57,053 nucleotides of DNA from the IMG/VR virus record IMGVR_UViG_3300035148_000223, positions 1 to 57,053 of that record. The stretch is one strand, 5' to 3'. Positions 32,886-42,607 of the stretch are shown here, in pieces. The stretch's first letter is position 1; each line of letters opens with the position of its first letter. This DNA comes from a virus. Its lineage: Duplodnaviria; Caudoviricetes. Below the pieces are notes generated by a model. That model made no database searches. It saw nothing but the letters and a program-made list of their open reading frames with translations, and was not told where the DNA came from. The translations under genes were made by a program, and so were the position numbers.

Positions 32886-35360
32886 ATGCTCCGCACGGGA
32901 CCGACCTCCACCGGCATCGAGAAATCCGGCGACGGGCCGTGGTCCGGATTCATCCCGGCCTTCCGTCGCGCCCTGACCGACCTCTGGGACGCCGTGTCGT
33001 GGCGCATCACCGACGCCCGCGCGGTCGCTATCCAGCGCGACTTCCGCCAGATCGGCAAGCTCGTCATCGAGGCGATTGCCGAGGACAGCACCGTGGGCGA
33101 CACGGCGGCATCCATCATCCAGCGGTCTTTCCAGACCACGGCGAAAGCCATCGGGCTGCGCGGGGCCACGCTCAATGAGGGCTGGGTCGCCGAGCGCGCC
33201 TCGGTCTGGGCCGACCTCCACGCGCAGAGCATGGTCAACGGCATGCGGGAAGCCGCCGGGTTCGCGCGGCAGTGGAAGCTCGCGCCCGCAGACGCCGGGG
33301 AATGGCTCCGGCAGACCTCTGGCCTGACACAGTCGCAGGTCCGGCGCATGGCCGTGGCCAAGGCCAAGGGAGCCGACCTCACCAAGTTCGGCGCGCTGCT
33401 CCGACAGGACCGCGCCCGCGTGATTGCCGAGCATCAGGCGCAATTCAGCTATCAGCAGGGCCAGCGCGCCGCCTACGCCGAGGTGGTCTCGCGCGGCGGG
33501 CGCGTGTCGCGACGGTGGGTCATCGCGTCCAGCGCATGCGACAAGCTCTGCCGACCAATGGCGGGACGGACGGTGTCGCCCGACGGCCTCTGGACCCTGC
33601 CCGACGGGCGTCAGGTCGAGACCCCCGTCGAGTCGCACCCGCACTGCCGCTGCCATGAGGTCTACACCGTGGCAGGGGTCTGGAAGCGTGAAGGTCCGGT
33701 CATACAGGACGGCCCGTCTGCGCCCGCCGCGCTCGCATGGTGGGTCCTTCAGAAGTACTCGCCCGGCCAAGCGCGCGTGCCTGCGGGCCAGCGCAAGGGC
33801 GGACAGTGGGTCAAGATCGCCGGGCCGAAAGGGAGCTTCAAGGTGCGGGCGCTGCCGGGCCTGCCGGTCAAGATCCTGTCGCATCGCATCTTCGACCACG
33901 TCAAAAAGACGCCGCAGAACGACAGCATCCAGTTGCTCAAGCAGGCGGACATGGGCGCACTCGGCGAGCGCCTCGTGCAGGGCTTCCTCACGAAGACCAA
34001 GCCGCCACTCCGCGTGGGATCGCTCAACAACAGCCGCAACAACGAAGCGGCCGACCTCGTCTACGATCACCGCATCATCGAGGTGAAGGGCGGCAACGCC
34101 GCGAACACCAAAGGCGCGCAGCAGTGGCGCGTCACACACGACCAAAAGCTCTCCGCGCGAGAAGAGGCGTACGTCGCCCGGTTCCCCAAGGCGCAGCAGC
34201 CACGCGTGAAGGCCGACCTGCGGCGGAAGAAGCAGGTTGATGCGATCCAGCGCAAGTACGAACTCGCCGACAAGCTGACGAAGCGGTATGGCGTCCAGTT
34301 CAAGACCGAGACGTGGACGCTCATCGTCAACACCAAGACCAAGCGCGCAGACCTCTTCAGCTTCGCGGGCATCTGCGAGACGATCAAGTGGAACAAGGCC
34401 AACCTGAAGAACAACTACCGAGGGAGCCTCGCCTTCAGCGGGTGGACGGCCGGGATTGATGCGCCCGTGCGCGCCGACCAAGCCCACAAGCTGAGAGGCG
34501 TCCGCAAGGCCGAGGACGAGGACGTCGAGAAGTACTCCCCGTCACAGCCGCGCGACCGACGCGGACGCTTTGCTGGTGGTATCGGGATTCCGATGACGGG
34601 CGGTGCTGGCTCGCGTCTGGATTCATCCGTTGGTGCCGGGAAAGGCACGCCCGCAAGCGCCTGCGCGGCCGTCAGTGCAAAGGCGCGTGGAGACCTGAAG
34701 AAGCAGGGCATCTCCACCGAAAACGCGAACGTCGTCGTCAAGAAGATGGAAGGCCGCACGGGTGGGTGGTACGACCGCGAGCGCGGGGAGATCGTCCTGC
34801 GCGCCGACATCGAAGCGGGCCTGAAGTCGAAGGACCCAGAGCTTCGCAAAGTGTGCGAGTCGGCCGTCGTCCACGAGACCATTCACTCCGGCACATGGGC
34901 CACGCAAGAGAAGTTCGAGATGACGACGCGCGATCCCATTCTCCAGACGGCGTCCGCGCAACTCGACGAGGCGATCACCGAACACAAGGCCCGGCGCATG
35001 GTGCATGGCGAGAAGGCCGACGTGGTGAAGATCGCGGCCGACTGGCACGCCAAGGCGAAGGCGACCAAGTCGCTCATCAGCTACGGCTATGAGGATCAGG
35101 TCGCCATCCTCGACGCCGTGGGGAAGAGCGGCGGGGCCAAGTGGCAGCAGGCCCTCTTCAAGGCCAGTCCGACCGCGCGCGTCCTGATGTTCGGCAAGGC
35201 GTTGCAGCAGGACTTCCTCCGCGATCCCGCCGTCCCGAAGTCGCTCAAGGCCGACCTGAAGGGCGACCTGAAAAACGTCAAGTACTGGGCCGACCAAGGC
35301 CTTGAGTTCGCCGACCTCTACCGGAAGAGCAAGGCCGCGTGGGCGAAGAAGGTGTTCTGA
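32886..35360 (+). CDS. MuF head morphogenesis protein fused to a PD-(D/E)XK nuclease-like domain and a HExxH metallopeptidase-like domain
   Basis: ACDKLC...HPHCRC (MuF); GALGE...ADL...IEVK; HETIH...LDEAITE; two KYSP..Q.R linkers. Confidence 0.8.
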   Translation: MLRTGPTSTGIEKSGDGPWSGFIPAFRRALTDLWDAVSWRITDARAVAIQRDFRQIGKLVIEAIAEDSTVGDTAASIIQRSFQTTAKAIGLRGATLNEGWVAERASVWADLHAQSMVNGMREAAGFARQWKLAPADAGEWLRQTSGLTQSQVRRMAVAKAKGADLTKFGALLRQDRARVIAEHQAQFSYQQGQRAAYAEVVSRGGRVSRRWVIASSACDKLCRPMAGRTVSPDGLWTLPDGRQVETPVESHPHCRCHEVYTVAGVWKREGPVIQDGPSAPAALAWWVLQKYSPGQARVPAGQRKGGQWVKIAGPKGSFKVRALPGLPVKILSHRIFDHVKKTPQNDSIQLLKQADMGALGERLVQGFLTKTKPPLRVGSLNNSRNNEAADLVYDHRIIEVKGGNAANTKGAQQWRVTHDQKLSAREEAYVARFPKAQQPRVKADLRRKKQVDAIQRKYELADKLTKRYGVQFKTETWTLIVNTKTKRADLFSFAGICETIKWNKANLKNNYRGSLAFSGWTAGIDAPVRADQAHKLRGVRKAEDEDVEKYSPSQPRDRRGRFAGGIGIPMTGGAGSRLDSSVGAGKGTPASACAAVSAKARGDLKKQGISTENANVVVKKMEGRTGGWYDRERGEIVLRADIEAGLKSKDPELRKVCESAVVHETIHSGTWATQEKFEMTTRDPILQTASAQLDEAITEHKARRMVHGEKADVVKIAADWHAKAKATKSLISYGYEDQVAILDAVGKSGGAKWQQALFKASPTARVLMFGKALQQDFLRDPAVPKSLKADLKGDLKNVKYWADQGLEFADLYRKSKAAWAKKVF

Positions 35361-35560
35361 TGTTGAAGCCGTCCGCCCTGTCTGCGCTGATGCAGCGCAT
35401 CATTCATCACGATGGCGAGGACCTCGACGCCCTGAAGCGCGACGTCTTGGCCTACCCGGACGAGCATCAGCAGAAGCCGCTGATCGACTGTGCCGCCCGG
35501 CATGGACTGGCAGAACTCTTCCTCCGCGAGGACGCCGATGGCGAAGAAGCCGACGCCTGA
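35360..35560 (+). CDS. Small acidic protein (candidate immunity)
   Basis: TGATG coupling to the MuF fusion. Confidence 0.5.
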   Translation: MLKPSALSALMQRIIHHDGEDLDALKRDVLAYPDEHQQKPLIDCAARHGLAELFLREDADGEEADA

Positions 35561-35849
35561 CCCGACCGACGACGAGATGGACGACCTCGTCGCCGAGGAC
35601 CGCGATCTGGTCCCGCCCGTCATCGGGCGCGACGCCCCCGTGGTTCCCCCGCCCCCGCGCGAGCGGTGGTTCACGCACGACGATCCCAACCTCCAAGCCG
35701 AAGCCGATGCCATTCAGCGCGAGGCCGAGGACGAGAACGAGCGCCGCGCGCAGGAGTTCGCCGCGAACCTCCTCGACTGGCTGCGCGAAATGCCGACCAA
35801 CGAACCCGAACCGCCAGCGTCGCTGCCGCCGACCCGAGGGACGGACTGA
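35538..35849 (+). CDS. Acidic Pro-rich protein (candidate immunity)
   Basis: GAGGA RBS; MAKKPTPDPTDDEMDDL. Confidence 0.55.
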   Translation: MAKKPTPDPTDDEMDDLVAEDRDLVPPVIGRDAPVVPPPPRERWFTHDDPNLQAEADAIQREAEDENERRAQEFAANLLDWLREMPTNEPEPPASLPPTRGTD

Positions 35850-36049
35850 TGATTCACGACCTGACGAAGGAAACGCGGGCCTTTGTGACCGTGCAGGAAG
35901 CCGCCGAATACCTCAACGTCGCGGAGCGCACGCTGCGCTACCAGATCCAGAAGGGCGCGCTGCCCGCGCATCGCGTCGGCACCCTCATCCGCATCCCGGT
36001 GCGCGAGTTGCGCGTCTATATCGGCATGGTGGTGCAGCCAGACGTCTAG
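35849..36049 (+). CDS. Excisionase-like HTH protein
   Basis: VTVQEAAEYLNVAERTLRYQIQKGALPAHRVGTLIRIP. Confidence 0.85.
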   Translation: MIHDLTKETRAFVTVQEAAEYLNVAERTLRYQIQKGALPAHRVGTLIRIPVRELRVYIGMVVQPDV

Positions 36050-36143
36050 CCGTATGCGGCAATCGCGACAACATCCCGCTTGACCTCTGCCCACGCGTTG
36101 CGGCACTCTGTCCCGTGAGCGCGACCCGCTCAAGGCAGGGTCA

Positions 36144-36647
36144 ATGGCCGAAACCGACGTCATCCTCCTGAAAAACGAGCCACTTCGCTACACCCTCGGT
36201 GTCGTGTACGAACCGAACACCGTGGACGCACACGAGGATTGGGCCAAGGAAGAGACGATTCGACAGGCCGCGTGGGACTTCGCCCGCAAGATGCAGGGCC
36301 GTCTCCCCATCCTCAAGACCGCCGTGGAGTTCATCGAGGCCATCTGCGCCCCGCAGGCTCCGCAGGTCCGCATCGACATCACCGACCTGCTGGCGGAAGC
36401 CGAGACCGTCCGCAAGGGCCGTCTCGGCGACATGCACGGCCAGTGGGACGACTCCCTCGGCGACATCGTCGAAACCTACCTCGCCCCGTGCGACCTGCTC
36501 ATCAACGGGCAGGCCGTCAAGGCGGGGTCATGGATGCTCGGCGTGGTCTGGTCGCCCGAATACTTCGAGAAGATTCTCGCCGGGGAGCGCGTCGGCTTCT
36601 CCCTCGGCGGACTGGCCCAGCGCGCCTACGGAGGGACGAATGCCTGA
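36144..36647 (+). CDS. XkdF-like prohead serine protease
   Basis: GVVYEP..VDAH.D, DMH, IVETYLAP, GSWMLGV and GFSLGG motifs. Confidence 0.85.
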   Translation: MAETDVILLKNEPLRYTLGVVYEPNTVDAHEDWAKEETIRQAAWDFARKMQGRLPILKTAVEFIEAICAPQAPQVRIDITDLLAEAETVRKGRLGDMHGQWDDSLGDIVETYLAPCDLLINGQAVKAGSWMLGVVWSPEYFEKILAGERVGFSLGGLAQRAYGGTNA

Positions 36648-37653
36648 GTTGCGGAATCTACGCGTGCATGAAGTCTCCGGCGTGGATCGCCCAGCCAACA
36701 AACGCGTCTTTCTCGTGGTGAAGTCCGAGGATGGCAACGTCAGCGAAGTGGAGGTGGAGCGCATGGGCGAAATGCCGATGGAAGCGCCCATGCGTGGCCC
36801 CTCCGATGACTTCACCGAAAACCTCATCAAGCGCCGCCTCTACCTCGTCGCCGGAACCATCGGCGAACTCTACGGCGCGCTCATGGAGACGCTGGAAGGC
36901 GTCGCGCACACTGCCGGAGATGGCCTCGCCGAAATCGAAGCGGCCCTCCGCGACTACTCGACGGCGATAGACAACGCGGTGCCAGACCTCATGGCCCGCA
37001 TGGGCACTGCGCTGGAAGACGCGCAGAAACGCGGCGCGAAGATCAGCGCCGACAGGATGCGTCGTCTGACGACGATCCAGCGCATCCTCAACGAAGTCCT
37101 CGATGAAGGAGGCAGCAAGCCGATGGCAACCGAGAAGAGCGAAACGCCGCCCGCGCCGCAGCCGGACGTGGAAGTCCAGAAGCGGCTCGCGGACCTCGAA
37201 GCTCTCGTCAAGTCGCAGAACGAGAAGCTCGAAACCGCGAACAAGCGCGCCGAAGACGCCGAGGCCGTGGCCAAGGCGGAACGGGAAGCGCGCGAACTCG
37301 TCACGAAGGGCGAGTTCATCAAGACCACCCTCCCCGCCCTCGGGCTGGCCGACACCGACGCCGCGATCCTGCTGGCCGTCGAGAAGGCCCTCCCGGTCGA
37401 GGTGGGCAACCGTCTCATCGACATCCTGAAGGCCGCGAACGAGCAGGTCGCCAAGGGCAAGCTCTTCGAGGAATCCGGCCTGTCCGGCGGGAAAGCCGCC
37501 ATCGCCTCCGACGACCCGGTCGTCAAGTTCACGGCGGAAGTCGCGGTGCGTGTCGAGAAGGGCATGACCCGCGAAGCGGCCGTGGAAGACATCACCAAGG
37601 CCGACCCCACGCTCTACGACCGCTACCGCGCGGCCGTGTCGCTGAAGGTCTAG
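36640..37653 (+). CDS. Scaffold protein (N-terminal EVSxVDxPAN strand; probable internal start at 37123)
   Basis: LRVHEVSGVDRPAN; coiled coil; AAGGAGG before internal MATEK; C-terminal PTLYDRY. Confidence 0.8.
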   Translation: MPELRNLRVHEVSGVDRPANKRVFLVVKSEDGNVSEVEVERMGEMPMEAPMRGPSDDFTENLIKRRLYLVAGTIGELYGALMETLEGVAHTAGDGLAEIEAALRDYSTAIDNAVPDLMARMGTALEDAQKRGAKISADRMRRLTTIQRILNEVLDEGGSKPMATEKSETPPAPQPDVEVQKRLADLEALVKSQNEKLETANKRAEDAEAVAKAEREARELVTKGEFIKTTLPALGLADTDAAILLAVEKALPVEVGNRLIDILKAANEQVAKGKLFEESGLSGGKAAIASDDPVVKFTAEVAVRVEKGMTREAAVEDITKADPTLYDRYRAAVSLKV

Positions 37654-37683
37654 CCCTCTTTCCAGTCACGAGGACACAGACAC

Positions 37684-38070
37684 ATGGCAACCGAAATCGC
37701 CCTGTTTCAGGACAGCTTCAAGGCCGAGAACGACCTCTCGTCCAATCAGTTCAAGTGCGTCGAGCTGTCCGCCGAAGATCAGGTGGATACCTGCGACGGC
37801 ACGACCGACTTCGTCCTCGGCGTGCTTCAGAACAAGCCGCTCGCGGGCGAGGCCGCCGAGGTGATGATCTACGGCGTCACCAAGGCCGTCTCCGACGGCA
37901 CCACGCCCATCTCCGTCGGCGATCCCCTCGGCGTGGACACCTCGGGCCGCGTGGTGAAGATCACCGCTGCCGCCGGGGCCAAGTCGCTCGGCCGTGCGCT
38001 TCAGGCGTCGTCGGCCGCTGGCACCATCATCAGCGTCCTGCTCACGCCGGGCGTCTACACCTCGGCGTAA
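37684..38070 (+). CDS. Capsid cement/decoration protein (DUF2190-like)
   Basis: GVLQNKP.AGE, ISVGD...GR and LGRALQA motifs; directly upstream of the major capsid gene. Confidence 0.8.
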   Translation: MATEIALFQDSFKAENDLSSNQFKCVELSAEDQVDTCDGTTDFVLGVLQNKPLAGEAAEVMIYGVTKAVSDGTTPISVGDPLGVDTSGRVVKITAAAGAKSLGRALQASSAAGTIISVLLTPGVYTSA

Positions 38071-38103
38071 GCCGACTTCACCTGAGACAAGGAGCATCCT
38101 TCC

Positions 38104-39060
38104 ATGCCGCAGCCAACCAGCCGCGACCTCCATGTCGATACGCTGTTGACGGACATCAGCATCGCGTATCGCAATCCGGCGTACATCGCCGATGCGATCT
38201 TCCCGGTGCTGCCCGTCAACAAGCGCAGCGACAAGATCCCCGCCTACAACCAGAGCTTCTGGTACCGTGACGACGCGCGCCTGCGCGCACCCGGCACCAA
38301 GAGCCGAGGCGGTGGGTTCACGGTGGACACGTCGGCCACCTACTACTGCGACCGCTTCTCGCGGCGCTTCGAGATCCCCGACGAGGTCCGCGACAACGCG
38401 GACGCGCCGTTCAACCTCGACGCCGACGCCACCCGGTTCGTGACGGACAAGGCGCTCATGCGCCGCGAGGTCGCGTTCGCGACCGACTTCTTCACGACCG
38501 GCAAGTGGACGACCGACAAGACCGGCGGGACCGACTTCACGAAGTGGTCCACGTACGGCACGTCCACCCCGATTCAGGACATGGACGCGTACAAGGACGT
38601 CGTCGAGGGCCTCATCGGCGTCGAGCCGAACAAGCTCATCTTCGGCAAGGCCGTGTACCTCCAGTTGAAGAATCACCCGGACCTCATCGACCGGATCAAG
38701 TACACCCAGCGCGCACAGGTCACCGAGGAACTGATCGCGTCGCTGATGGAGTTCCCGCAGTTGCTCGTGGGCCGCTCCATCTACACGACGACGGTCGAGG
38801 GGACGGCGGAAGCGTCGGTCTCCTACTCGCGCATCTGGGGCAAGAACGCCCTGATGGTGTACGTCCCGGCGTCGCCGTCGCTGCTCACCCCCGCCGCTGG
38901 CTACACCTTCCTCTGGAAGGCCGTCGGCAACGCGCCGCAGTACATCAAGCGGATGCGGGACGAGGAGCGCGAGATCGACATCGTCGAGGTCAACTCGTTC
39001 TTCGACCAGAAGATCACGGCCGCTCGCGCAGGGCTGTTCCTGTCCGCCGCCGTGGCGTAA
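38104..39060 (+). CDS. Major capsid protein
   Basis: HVDTLLTDISIAYRN..YIADAIFP; PNKL; LKNHP; IWG; strong RBS; position in the head module. Confidence 0.9.
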   Translation: MPQPTSRDLHVDTLLTDISIAYRNPAYIADAIFPVLPVNKRSDKIPAYNQSFWYRDDARLRAPGTKSRGGGFTVDTSATYYCDRFSRRFEIPDEVRDNADAPFNLDADATRFVTDKALMRREVAFATDFFTTGKWTTDKTGGTDFTKWSTYGTSTPIQDMDAYKDVVEGLIGVEPNKLIFGKAVYLQLKNHPDLIDRIKYTQRAQVTEELIASLMEFPQLLVGRSIYTTTVEGTAEASVSYSRIWGKNALMVYVPASPSLLTPAAGYTFLWKAVGNAPQYIKRMRDEEREIDIVEVNSFFDQKITAARAGLFLSAAVA

Positions 39061-39085
39061 CCAGCCAGACGTCTAGGGGGGAAAC

Positions 39086-39547
39086 ATGGCCGGTTCCAAA
39101 CGTGCTGAAGAGGCTGTGCCGGGCGACTACTGCGTCGCCCGGCGCACCTTCGCTTACACCGACGACCTGCCGCTCGACCGGGGGCAGGTCTTTCGGCTCA
39201 CCGGACAACTGAACGACGAAAAGCTCATCCGACTCGGCTACGTGGACCCTGTCGGACAGAAGCCCAAGACCACCTACCCGTGCCGCGTGTGCGGGAAGGA
39301 GTTCGTGGAGATGGGGCTACGGGACGGCCACGGCAAGGCCCGCCACGAAGACGAGACGGCCCTCCAGCGCGTTCTCGTCGCCCCGGAGCGTGACCCGGCC
39401 GAGAGCGATGACGAGTTCCAGAATCGCCTCGACGACCACGCCCGCGAGGCAGGCCTACTGGCGGATGCGGCGGAAGCCGACCGCATCGCGCAGGAAGACC
39501 GCGTCGCCCCGCTCTACATGGACAAGACTTCAGCCTCGCGCACGTAG
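39086..39547 (+). CDS. Head-associated protein with C2H2-like zinc finger
   Basis: CRVCGKEF...HGKARH; directly follows the major capsid gene. Confidence 0.6.
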   Translation: MAGSKRAEEAVPGDYCVARRTFAYTDDLPLDRGQVFRLTGQLNDEKLIRLGYVDPVGQKPKTTYPCRVCGKEFVEMGLRDGHGKARHEDETALQRVLVAPERDPAESDDEFQNRLDDHAREAGLLADAAEADRIAQEDRVAPLYMDKTSASRT

Positions 39548-39572
39548 CGCCAGACCTCTGTGAGGTAGTGAC

Positions 39573-40061
39573 ATGGGCATGGACAAACTCTCCGGTGCGG
39601 CCAACATCACGGGCGGCATCGTCTTCACCACGGGCGGCGAGATTCGCAGCGTCGAGGTCGCCCTGACCTCCGCGCAGGTCAAGGCGCTCCGCGCCACGCC
39701 GATCACCATCGTTCCGGCTCCCGGCGCGGGCAAGGCCGTCGTGCCGCTCGGCGGCGCGGCCTTCCTCGACTACGGCTCCAACGTCTTCACGGAGTCCACC
39801 GACAACCTCGCGCTTCGCTACGAGAACGGCTCGGGCGCGATCTGCTCTGGCACGATCACGTCGTCCGGCTTCATCACGGCGTCGGCCGACACGATGACGA
39901 GCATCGTGCCGAAGACCGATGCCATCGTGGCGAAGACCGTCTGCGAGAACAAGGCCATCGTCATCCACAACACGGGTGACGGCGAAATCGCGGGCAACGC
40001 GGGCGCGGACAACGTCGTGCGGATCAAGCTCACGTATCTCGTTCTGACGACGGGCTGGTAA
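39573..40061 (+). CDS. Putative virion structural protein
   Basis: LTSAQVKALRATPITIVPAPGAGK; beta-rich. Confidence 0.65.
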   Translation: MGMDKLSGAANITGGIVFTTGGEIRSVEVALTSAQVKALRATPITIVPAPGAGKAVVPLGGAAFLDYGSNVFTESTDNLALRYENGSGAICSGTITSSGFITASADTMTSIVPKTDAIVAKTVCENKAIVIHNTGDGEIAGNAGADNVVRIKLTYLVLTTGW

Positions 40062-40068
40062 GGTCGGG

Positions 40069-40092
40069 GCGGCTAGGCGTCGGCCTAGCCGC
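40069..40092 (+). terminator. Hairpin after the head genes
   Basis: GCGGCTAGG-CGTCGG-CCTAGCCGC. Confidence 0.45.
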
Positions 40093-40112
40093 TCTCGCCG
40101 CGAGGAGGCACG

Positions 40113-40919
40113 ATGCGCCAGTTTGACTCACGCGACTTCTGGGCAGCGGGTATCGGCGAGGCGCGGTCGGCCGTCGCGGCGGGCGGTCTCGCCTGCTCGG
40201 TCACGGCGGCACGCGCCGTGTTCCCGCACGGCACCGCGCATGTGCGGCTCTTCCCGCGCAACTTCTCGACCGCGACGCTCGTCAAGTTCGGCCTCGTCCC
40301 GTATCTGGCCGCGTTCTTCACGAACGATGGCCTCTCCACGGTGACGAACATCTCCCGCGCGGCGCAGGACGGCAGCACGGCGACGACCATCGACCTGTCC
40401 GGGCTGAAGACGCTCGGCAACGGCGGGGCCATCTATCTCGGCTGCCCGTGGATGATTCGTGGCCTCGACATCGACGTGCAGAACACGAACAGCAACGCCG
40501 CCACGTTGGCCGCGCACTACTGGAAAGGCTCGTGGACCTCGCTGTCGCCGACGGACGGCACGTTCCTCACGACCGCCACGCTCGCGCAGGATGGTCTCGT
40601 CACATGGACGCCGCCCACCGATGCGACGAAAGAGGCGCTGTCGTCCATCCTTGGGGCCGTGCCACTGCCCTTCGGCAGCGAGTCCTTGTACTGGTTCCGC
40701 CTGTCGGTCTCAGCCGTGCTGGACGCGTCCGTCACGCTGAACTCGATACTGGCGCTCCCTCGCTCGACGGCCTACGCCGAGTTGCTGTCGGGCATGGCGC
40801 AGGAGTTTCGGACAGAGGTGGCGCTCGGCGGACACGCGGGCGTCGAGGCGCTGACCGATGCCGGGACGGCGAACCTCGTCGTCGATTGCTGGACGGACTC
40901 GGGCAACGCCTTCGAGTAG
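40113..40919 (+). CDS. Putative virion structural protein
   Basis: GAGGAGG RBS; YW.GSW...DGT...G.VTW..P...LYWFRL motif. Confidence 0.65.
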   Translation: MRQFDSRDFWAAGIGEARSAVAAGGLACSVTAARAVFPHGTAHVRLFPRNFSTATLVKFGLVPYLAAFFTNDGLSTVTNISRAAQDGSTATTIDLSGLKTLGNGGAIYLGCPWMIRGLDIDVQNTNSNAATLAAHYWKGSWTSLSPTDGTFLTTATLAQDGLVTWTPPTDATKEALSSILGAVPLPFGSESLYWFRLSVSAVLDASVTLNSILALPRSTAYAELLSGMAQEFRTEVALGGHAGVEALTDAGTANLVVDCWTDSGNAFE

Positions 40920-40933
40920 AGACGTGAGGACGC

Positions 40934-41380
40934 ATGGAAGCCGTCTACAGCTACAGCGGCGATCCGTCTGTTTCGACGAAGGACATGGTGCGCTTCCTCA
41001 TCGGGGACACCTGCGACCCGTGGCTCCTGTCCGACATTGAGATTGAGTTCGTCGCCAGCAAGGAAGCCAACGCCTACCGCGCCGGGGCCGAATGCGTGCG
41101 CCGTATCCTCGCCTTCTACGCGCGTAAGCCGAACAAGAGCGTGGGCGGGTTGACGGTCAACTACGAGTCGATCACGCGCCAGTATCGCGACCTGCTCGAA
41201 GACCTTGAGCGGCGCGGGCGCGCCTCGCAGATTCCCGAAGCCGGGGGCATCTCCATCGACGACAAGAAGACCCTGCAACTCGACACCGATTGGCCGCAGC
41301 CGGACTTCCGGAAGGGCCAGTTCGACCGTGACGACGTGCCGAGTCAGGACCCCTACACCTCGCCCGAGGAACTCGCATGA
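40934..41380 (+). CDS. Head-tail adaptor
   Basis: YSYSGDP...DMVRFLIGDT...LLSD.EI. Confidence 0.8.
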   Translation: MEAVYSYSGDPSVSTKDMVRFLIGDTCDPWLLSDIEIEFVASKEANAYRAGAECVRRILAFYARKPNKSVGGLTVNYESITRQYRDLLEDLERRGRASQIPEAGGISIDDKKTLQLDTDWPQPDFRKGQFDRDDVPSQDPYTSPEELA

Positions 41381-41715
41381 CGACGCGGTGTCAGCAGACG
41401 TTCCTCGGCGACATCGAAGACCTCTTGCCGGATACCATCACGGTTCAGAGCGTCACCGGGCGGGACGTCCACAATCAACTGACGTTCGGCACGGCGCGCA
41501 CCGTCGCCTGCCTCGTCGAGGGCAAGACCCAGATTGTCCGCGACGTCAACGGCGACGACGTGACGAGCGCGGTCACGATCTACGGTACGAGCGGGCTGTC
41601 GGTATACGACAAGATCACGTTGCCGTCCCGGTTCGATCCGCGCTCCCCTCGCATCCTCACCATCGAGCGGAACGTGGACGAACTCGGCAACGGCTTCGAC
41701 GTGGTGTACGCATGA
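41377..41715 (+). CDS. Head closure (stopper) protein
   Basis: Position in the neck module; beta-rich; DKITLP. Confidence 0.7.
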   Translation: MTTRCQQTFLGDIEDLLPDTITVQSVTGRDVHNQLTFGTARTVACLVEGKTQIVRDVNGDDVTSAVTIYGTSGLSVYDKITLPSRFDPRSPRILTIERNVDELGNGFDVVYA

Positions 41716-42101
41716 TCAGCGTGACCGTGACCGGCAACGCGGACGCCTTCCGGCGGCGCGCGGAAGCACTGGCCGACACGGCGCTGTCGGCAGCGGCCGA
41801 GGCGGCGTACGAGTTCGCGCAGGAGGTCATGGAGGACTCGAAGGCCAACTACTGCCCGGTGGACACGGGGCGGTTGCGCGACAGCGGCTTCGTCGAGCGG
41901 CCGATGGTCGCGCGCATGGGCAACGGCGGCGGGTTCGCGATTCAGATGGGCTACCGGGCCGAGTACGCGGTGTACGTGCATGAAATCCCGGCGCGGCACC
42001 TCCACGGCTCATGGAAGTACCTGTCGATTCCGTTCCGCAAGCACGCGGGGCGGTACGCCGACCGCGTGAGGGCCGCGTGGTTCCGGTACAAGGGGCGCTG
42101 A
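41712..42101 (+). CDS. HK97 gp10-like neck/tail completion protein
   Basis: CPVDTGRLRDS, YAVYVHE and KYL..P motifs. Confidence 0.85.
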   Translation: MISVTVTGNADAFRRRAEALADTALSAAAEAAYEFAQEVMEDSKANYCPVDTGRLRDSGFVERPMVARMGNGGGFAIQMGYRAEYAVYVHEIPARHLHGSWKYLSIPFRKHAGRYADRVRAAWFRYKGR

Positions 42102-42102
42102 C

Positions 42103-42495
42103 ATGGTTCTCGACGCCATCGCGACGCTCCTACAGACCGCTGGCTACGGCACCATCGGGACAGACCTCTTCTACCCGGAGATGCCCGACCAGCCGGACGA
42201 TTGCTTGGCGCTGGCGGACTTCCCGGCTGGCGCGCCGGAGATGCAGCTTGGGTATGGCCGGGTGGGTCTGGAAATCCTCCGGGTACAGGTCACGGTGCGC
42301 GCCGCCCTGTATGACACCGGGCGGACGCGCATCGAGGGCATTGTGACCGAGTTGGCCAAGGTGCTGAATCAGAGCGTGAGTGGCGTGCGCTACCTCGCGA
42401 CGGTCCCGAACCGCACCCCGTCCAGCATCGGGCGCGATCCCAACGGGCAATACCTCTTCACCGTGGACTTCGACGTGATGAAGGAACCGGGATGA
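42103..42495 (+). CDS. Tail terminator (minor capsid-like) protein
   Basis: GTDLF...MPDQPD; VQVTVR; IGRD.NG. Confidence 0.8.
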   Translation: MVLDAIATLLQTAGYGTIGTDLFYPEMPDQPDDCLALADFPAGAPEMQLGYGRVGLEILRVQVTVRAALYDTGRTRIEGIVTELAKVLNQSVSGVRYLATVPNRTPSSIGRDPNGQYLFTVDFDVMKEPG

Positions 42496-42607
42496 TGACG
42501 GTCGTCTGTCGTCTCAACTGTGGGCGCGTGGCGCGTTCAGAAGGCTCAACGATCCCCCCCGAAGAGCTTGTCCAGCCCGCGCCCACTCTTTTCCAAAGGG
42601 GGGTGTC

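Noticed and set aside
31782-34487. 901-aa minus-strand ORF and other long antisense ORFs (44329-45825, 51156-52874, 53463-55121)
   Set aside because: Shadow ORFs opposite well-supported genes, expected from high GC3 codon bias; no recognisable motifs or RBS.
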